DNA from: Candidatus Cloacimonadota bacterium
GTDB taxonomy: Bacteria; Cloacimonadota; Cloacimonadia; Cloacimonadales; WRIO01
Reading direction: 5' to 3'
NCBI GenBank assembly: GCA_029564175.1
Contig: JAKQQL010000220.1
Location: forward strand, 1 to 20,631
Length of the DNA stretch: 20,631 nt
A model generated the notes under the pieces. It did not search any database, had not been told where the DNA came from, and was given only the letters and a program-made list of their open reading frames with translations. Positions within the stretch are counted from its first letter, which is position 1, and each line of letters starts with the position of its first letter. This document shows positions 16,994 through 20,631 of this stretch, piece after piece. A program made the position numbers and the translations under genes.

Positions 16994-18562
16994 ATGAGCG
17001 AAGACCAAAAACGACAACTAAACCAGCAACTCTGGAATATAGCCAACACCTTGCGGGGTAAAATGGATGCCGATGAATTCCGTGACTACATTCTCGGCTT
17101 TATTTTTTATAAATATCTGTCGGAAAAGATGGAATTGTATGCCAATGACATCCTGAAGGAAGACAAAATAAAATATCTGGACATATCAGAAGATACAGCC
17201 AAAGGTCAGGAATATCTGGAAGCCATAAAAGAAGAATCACTGGAAAAACTGGGGTACTTCCTGAAACCGTCAGAATTGTTCGGGCAGGTTGCCAAACGTG
17301 GAAATGGCAATGGCAAGAATGAAAGCAACTTCATTATTGAAGATATCCAGAAAATCCTCATAAACATCCAGAACAGCACGATGGGTACTGCCAGTGAAGA
17401 AGATTTCGACCACCTGTTCGAGGATATGGATTTGAACAGCACGAAACTGGGCAGGACTGCCGAACAACGAAATGAAGTAATAGCAAAAGTCCTGTCGCAT
17501 CTTGACAAAATTGATTTCCAACTGGAACAATCAAAAATTGATGTGTTGGGTGATGCATACGAGTATTTAATCGGACAGTTTGCCAGTGGTGCGGGTAAGA
17601 AAGCAGGTGAATTTTACACCCCACAACAGGCATCAAAAATACTTGCACGGATTGTTACACTGGGTAAAACACGAATTAAATCTGCGTATGACCCGACATG
17701 CGGGTCAGGTTCTCTCATCCTTCGGTTGGGTAGGATTTGTGATGTGCTAAAGTTTTACGGTCAGGAACGTAACCGTACCACATACAACCTTTGCCGAATG
17801 AACATGATTCTGCATGACGTTCATCACACAAGATTTGACATTAAACTGGAAGATACACTGGAACACCCACAGCATGACAAACTGGATGCAGAGGCAGTGG
17901 TCGCAAATCCGCCATTTTCGGCAAAATGGAGTGCCAGTCCGTTGTTCATGACCGATGACAGGTTCAGCGAATATGGGAAACTTGCACCATCATCAAAAGC
18001 AGACTTTGCCTTCATTCAGCACATGATATACCATCTGGCTGAGAATGGTGTTATGGCTGTCGTTATGCCACATGGAGTATTGTTCAGGGGTGCTGCTGAA
18101 GGTCATATCAGAAAGTACCTGATTGAAGAAAAGAATTATTTGGATGCGGTAATCGGACTTCCAGCCAATATTTTCTATGGAACATCCATCCCAACCTGCG
18201 TACTGGTATTTAAAAAGTGTAAGGAGCATCCAGATGATATTCTGTTTATTGATGCCAGCCAGTATTTTGAAAAGGTAAAGACTCAAAATTACCTGCGTGA
18301 TGAAGATGTTGACAGGATAGTTGATACATATGCAAAACGCATCACAATCGACAAGTACAGTTATGTCGCCAGTCTGGATGAGGTACGGGAGAATGATTAC
18401 AATCTCAACATTCCAAGGTATGTTGACACTTTTGAAGAGGAAGAATCTGTGGATGTTGCTGCTGTTGCTACTGAACTTAAAGAACTTGAAACAGAAATGC
18501 AAATCACCGATAAAACCATTGCTGGATTTTGCAAAGAATTAAACATCCCAACACCGTTTTAA
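16994..18562 (+). CDS. hsdM: Type I restriction-modification methyltransferase subunit M
   Basis: LWNIANTLRGKMDADEFRDY, GKKAGEFYTP, YDPTCGSGSL, ANPPF, PHGVLFRG, YNLNIPRYVD. Confidence 0.97.
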   Translation: MSEDQKRQLNQQLWNIANTLRGKMDADEFRDYILGFIFYKYLSEKMELYANDILKEDKIKYLDISEDTAKGQEYLEAIKEESLEKLGYFLKPSELFGQVAKRGNGNGKNESNFIIEDIQKILINIQNSTMGTASEEDFDHLFEDMDLNSTKLGRTAEQRNEVIAKVLSHLDKIDFQLEQSKIDVLGDAYEYLIGQFASGAGKKAGEFYTPQQASKILARIVTLGKTRIKSAYDPTCGSGSLILRLGRICDVLKFYGQERNRTTYNLCRMNMILHDVHHTRFDIKLEDTLEHPQHDKLDAEAVVANPPFSAKWSASPLFMTDDRFSEYGKLAPSSKADFAFIQHMIYHLAENGVMAVVMPHGVLFRGAAEGHIRKYLIEEKNYLDAVIGLPANIFYGTSIPTCVLVFKKCKEHPDDILFIDASQYFEKVKTQNYLRDEDVDRIVDTYAKRITIDKYSYVASLDEVRENDYNLNIPRYVDTFEEEESVDVAAVATELKELETEMQITDKTIAGFCKELNIPTPF

Positions 18563-18564
18563 CC

Positions 18565-19050
18565 ATGACAAGAATTGGTGACTTGAAACTATACGTTGGC
18601 TCAAAAGAGGAACAAAGATTTGCCAGTCAAAAAGGCATGAAAATTGTCTGTGCACTGAATAGAGCAAGTGGATATGTGACCCATCAGTCTGTTGTTGGTT
18701 GGTATGGCAGAGGATGTAACTCAGACAATCCCTATTATTTGTTTAAACGTGAACCTGATGCTATTTATCTGAACATGATTGATGGGGATGACCCAAAATA
18801 TGTAAATGATGAAATGATAAATCCTGCTCTTGACTTTATTCACAAGCACTTGCAGAGTGGGAACGAGGTCTTTATTTATTGTAGTTTGGGTGAATCACGA
18901 AGTCCGTCAATAGCCTTGATGTACATGTTAGAGCATGGATTAATTGAAAGGAATAGCAACACGTTTAATCTGTTTCGGACGAAATATTATCCAAACTTCA
19001 CACCAAAAAATGGCAACCTACTATATATCAAGAAGAGATGGGGAATATAA
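18565..19050 (+). CDS. Dual-specificity / protein-tyrosine phosphatase-like protein (CX5R)
   Basis: LYVGS, general-acid loop LNMIDG, and P-loop VFIYCSLGESRSPSIALMYML. ATG at 18565 is 2 nt after the hsdM stop. Confidence 0.82.
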   Translation: MTRIGDLKLYVGSKEEQRFASQKGMKIVCALNRASGYVTHQSVVGWYGRGCNSDNPYYLFKREPDAIYLNMIDGDDPKYVNDEMINPALDFIHKHLQSGNEVFIYCSLGESRSPSIALMYMLEHGLIERNSNTFNLFRTKYYPNFTPKNGNLLYIKKRWGI

Positions 19051-20306
19051 ACACACCGAAAATTAGATTTCCTGATTTTAAAGGGGATTGGATAAATAAT
19101 TCTTTGGGAGAAATTGCAAAATTTTCTAAAGGTAAAGGAATATCAAAAGAAGACATATCAGAATCAGGAGAAACAGAGTGTATAAGGTATGGTGAATTAT
19201 ACACTACTTACAATGAAACAATTGATACAGTATTTTCAAAAACAAATATTGATACTTTAAACTTGGTTTTAAGTGAAGCCAATGATATTATCATCCCTGC
19301 CTCTGGTGAAACACAGATTGATATCGCTAAAGCATCATGTGTATTAAAATCGGGTATTGCTCTTGGTGGTGATTTGAATATCATAAAATCACCTAATAAT
19401 GGCGTTTTTCTTTCGTATTATTTGAATAGTAAAAAAAAGATTGATATTGCCCAATTAGCACAGGGAATATCTGTTGTTCATCTATATGCTGGACAATTAT
19501 CAAAATTGCAGTTAAGAATACCGTCCCTTCCCGAACAACAAAAAATCGCATCATTTTTCACCGCCATTGACCAGAAGATATCCCAACTCAAACGAAAGAA
19601 AACACTGCTGGAACAATACAAGAAAGGAGTGATGCAGAAAATATTTTCACAGAAAATCAGGTTCAAGGACGATAACGGGCAGGAGTTCCCGATGTGGGAT
19701 AAAAAGAAGTTTGGTGATATTTACTCATTCAGAAACAACAATTCATTTTCAAGAGAAAATCTAAACTATGAAAAAGGTAAAGTAAAAAACATTCATTATG
19801 GGGACATACACACCAAATTTAACACCTTGTTTGATATCACCAAGGAAGTGATTCCATTTATCAATGAAGACCTACAAATTGGAAGAATTAGTGCGGAAAA
19901 TTATTGTAAAAAAGGCGATTTGGTCTTTGCAGATGCTTCAGAAGACCTCACCGATGTTGGCAAATCAATTGAACTCGTAAATCTGAATAATGAGAAGATT
20001 CTTTCAGGACTTCATACAATCTTGGCAAGACCAGATTTGTCAAAAATGGCAATTGGTTTTGGTGGGTACTTAATGAAGTCGATTGATGTAAGAAAACAAA
20101 TCATGAAAGAGGCACAAGGGTCAAAGGTTTCGAGTATTTCGGCAGCAAAACTCTCAGGTGTTCTGTTGAATATTCCTGTGCCAAAGGAACAAACCAAAAT
20201 CGCCTATTTCTTGTCAGCCATTGATAATAAAATCACTCACACTCAGACCCAGATTGAGAAAGCCGTGGTATGGAAGAAGGGATTAATGCAACAAATGTTT
20301 TGTTAA
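19038..20306 (+). CDS. hsdS: Type I R-M specificity subunit S
   Basis: PKIRFPDF..W, two TRDs, and repeated conserved regions PSLPEQQKIASFF...KKGVMQKIF and PVPKEQTKIAYFL...KKGLMQQMF. Confidence 0.96.
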   Translation: MGNINTPKIRFPDFKGDWINNSLGEIAKFSKGKGISKEDISESGETECIRYGELYTTYNETIDTVFSKTNIDTLNLVLSEANDIIIPASGETQIDIAKASCVLKSGIALGGDLNIIKSPNNGVFLSYYLNSKKKIDIAQLAQGISVVHLYAGQLSKLQLRIPSLPEQQKIASFFTAIDQKISQLKRKKTLLEQYKKGVMQKIFSQKIRFKDDNGQEFPMWDKKKFGDIYSFRNNNSFSRENLNYEKGKVKNIHYGDIHTKFNTLFDITKEVIPFINEDLQIGRISAENYCKKGDLVFADASEDLTDVGKSIELVNLNNEKILSGLHTILARPDLSKMAIGFGGYLMKSIDVRKQIMKEAQGSKVSSISAAKLSGVLLNIPVPKEQTKIAYFLSAIDNKITHTQTQIEKAVVWKKGLMQQMFC

Positions 20307-20316
20307 TAACCATTAT

Positions 20317-20631
20317 ATGAACTTTGAAGTATATTGCGATGAAAGCGGGTTGGAAGCCCTGACCCGAAGGGATGCACACAAATTTACGGCTATTGGTGGC
20401 ATCTGGATGCCAGCCGAGTTTCGGGATACATTCAAAACCGAAATAAATGCTATCAAAGAGAAGCATAATGTAAAAGGTGAACTGAAGTGGCAAAAGTTAT
20501 CACCTGCATACCTCCACTTATATGCAGACATTATAAATTATTTTTTCGACAAATCCGAACTTCGTTTCCGGGTAATAATTATTGAATCAAAAACGGTTGA
20601 TAATATCCGCTTTAATGATAAAGATGCTGAA
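20317..20631 (+). CDS. DUF3800-like (RNase H-fold) protein, truncated by the window end; absent from the ORF track
   Basis: Manual translation MNFEVYCDESGLEALTRRDAHKFTAIGGIWM...GELKWQKL... is open to the window end. The YxDES, GG and ELKW motifs match DUF3800 as I recall it. Confidence 0.75.
   Translation, partial: MNFEVYCDESGLEALTRRDAHKFTAIGGIWMPAEFRDTFKTEINAIKEKHNVKGELKWQKLSPAYLHLYADIINYFFDKSELRFRVIIIESKTVDNIRFNDKDAE

Noticed and set aside
153..20531. Many short ORFs antisense to or nested within larger genes (e.g. 153-362, 2595-2894, 4138-4353, 4492-4851, 6223-6453, 8990-9283, 17206-18542 group, 19478-19666, 20012-20531 group)
   Set aside because: They overlap better-supported genes and carry no recognisable motifs, so I treat them as shadow ORFs.
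1..20631. CRISPR array, retron or IS transposase
   Set aside because: I saw no regularly spaced repeat–spacer series, no reverse transcriptase motif and no transposase ORF.

Overview
This is an AT-rich accessory region, probably from a Bacteroidota genome (TAnnTTTG promoters, Bacteroidota-type tyrosine integrase). It looks like several mobile units accreted in tandem. (1) From 1 to about 10291 lies the right part of an integrative element. It carries RHH + Rep_trans-like initiator/relaxase, a ParB–Dam-like methylase fusion, an XRE switch, a serine resolvase with res-like sites, an AbiE-type (type IV) toxin–antitoxin pair followed by an NDT-like gene, and a tyrosine integrase next to a tRNA-Pro-like att core. 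(2) From about 10292 to 15759 is an integrase-less cassette bracketed by two att-like junctions of identical geometry. It holds one tightly coupled operon: XRE, SPPY methyltransferase, putative winged-helix protein, P-loop AAA+ ATPase, PIN nuclease. I do not recognise this as a named defence system, and it is the best novelty candidate. (3) From about 15760 to the end are two orphan genes with twin ECF-sigma-like promoters and a candidate sRNA. These are followed by a type I R-M locus (hsdM, hsdS) with a CX5R phosphatase inserted between the two genes and a truncated DUF3800-like gene after them. All family calls come from motifs read by eye; no searches were run.
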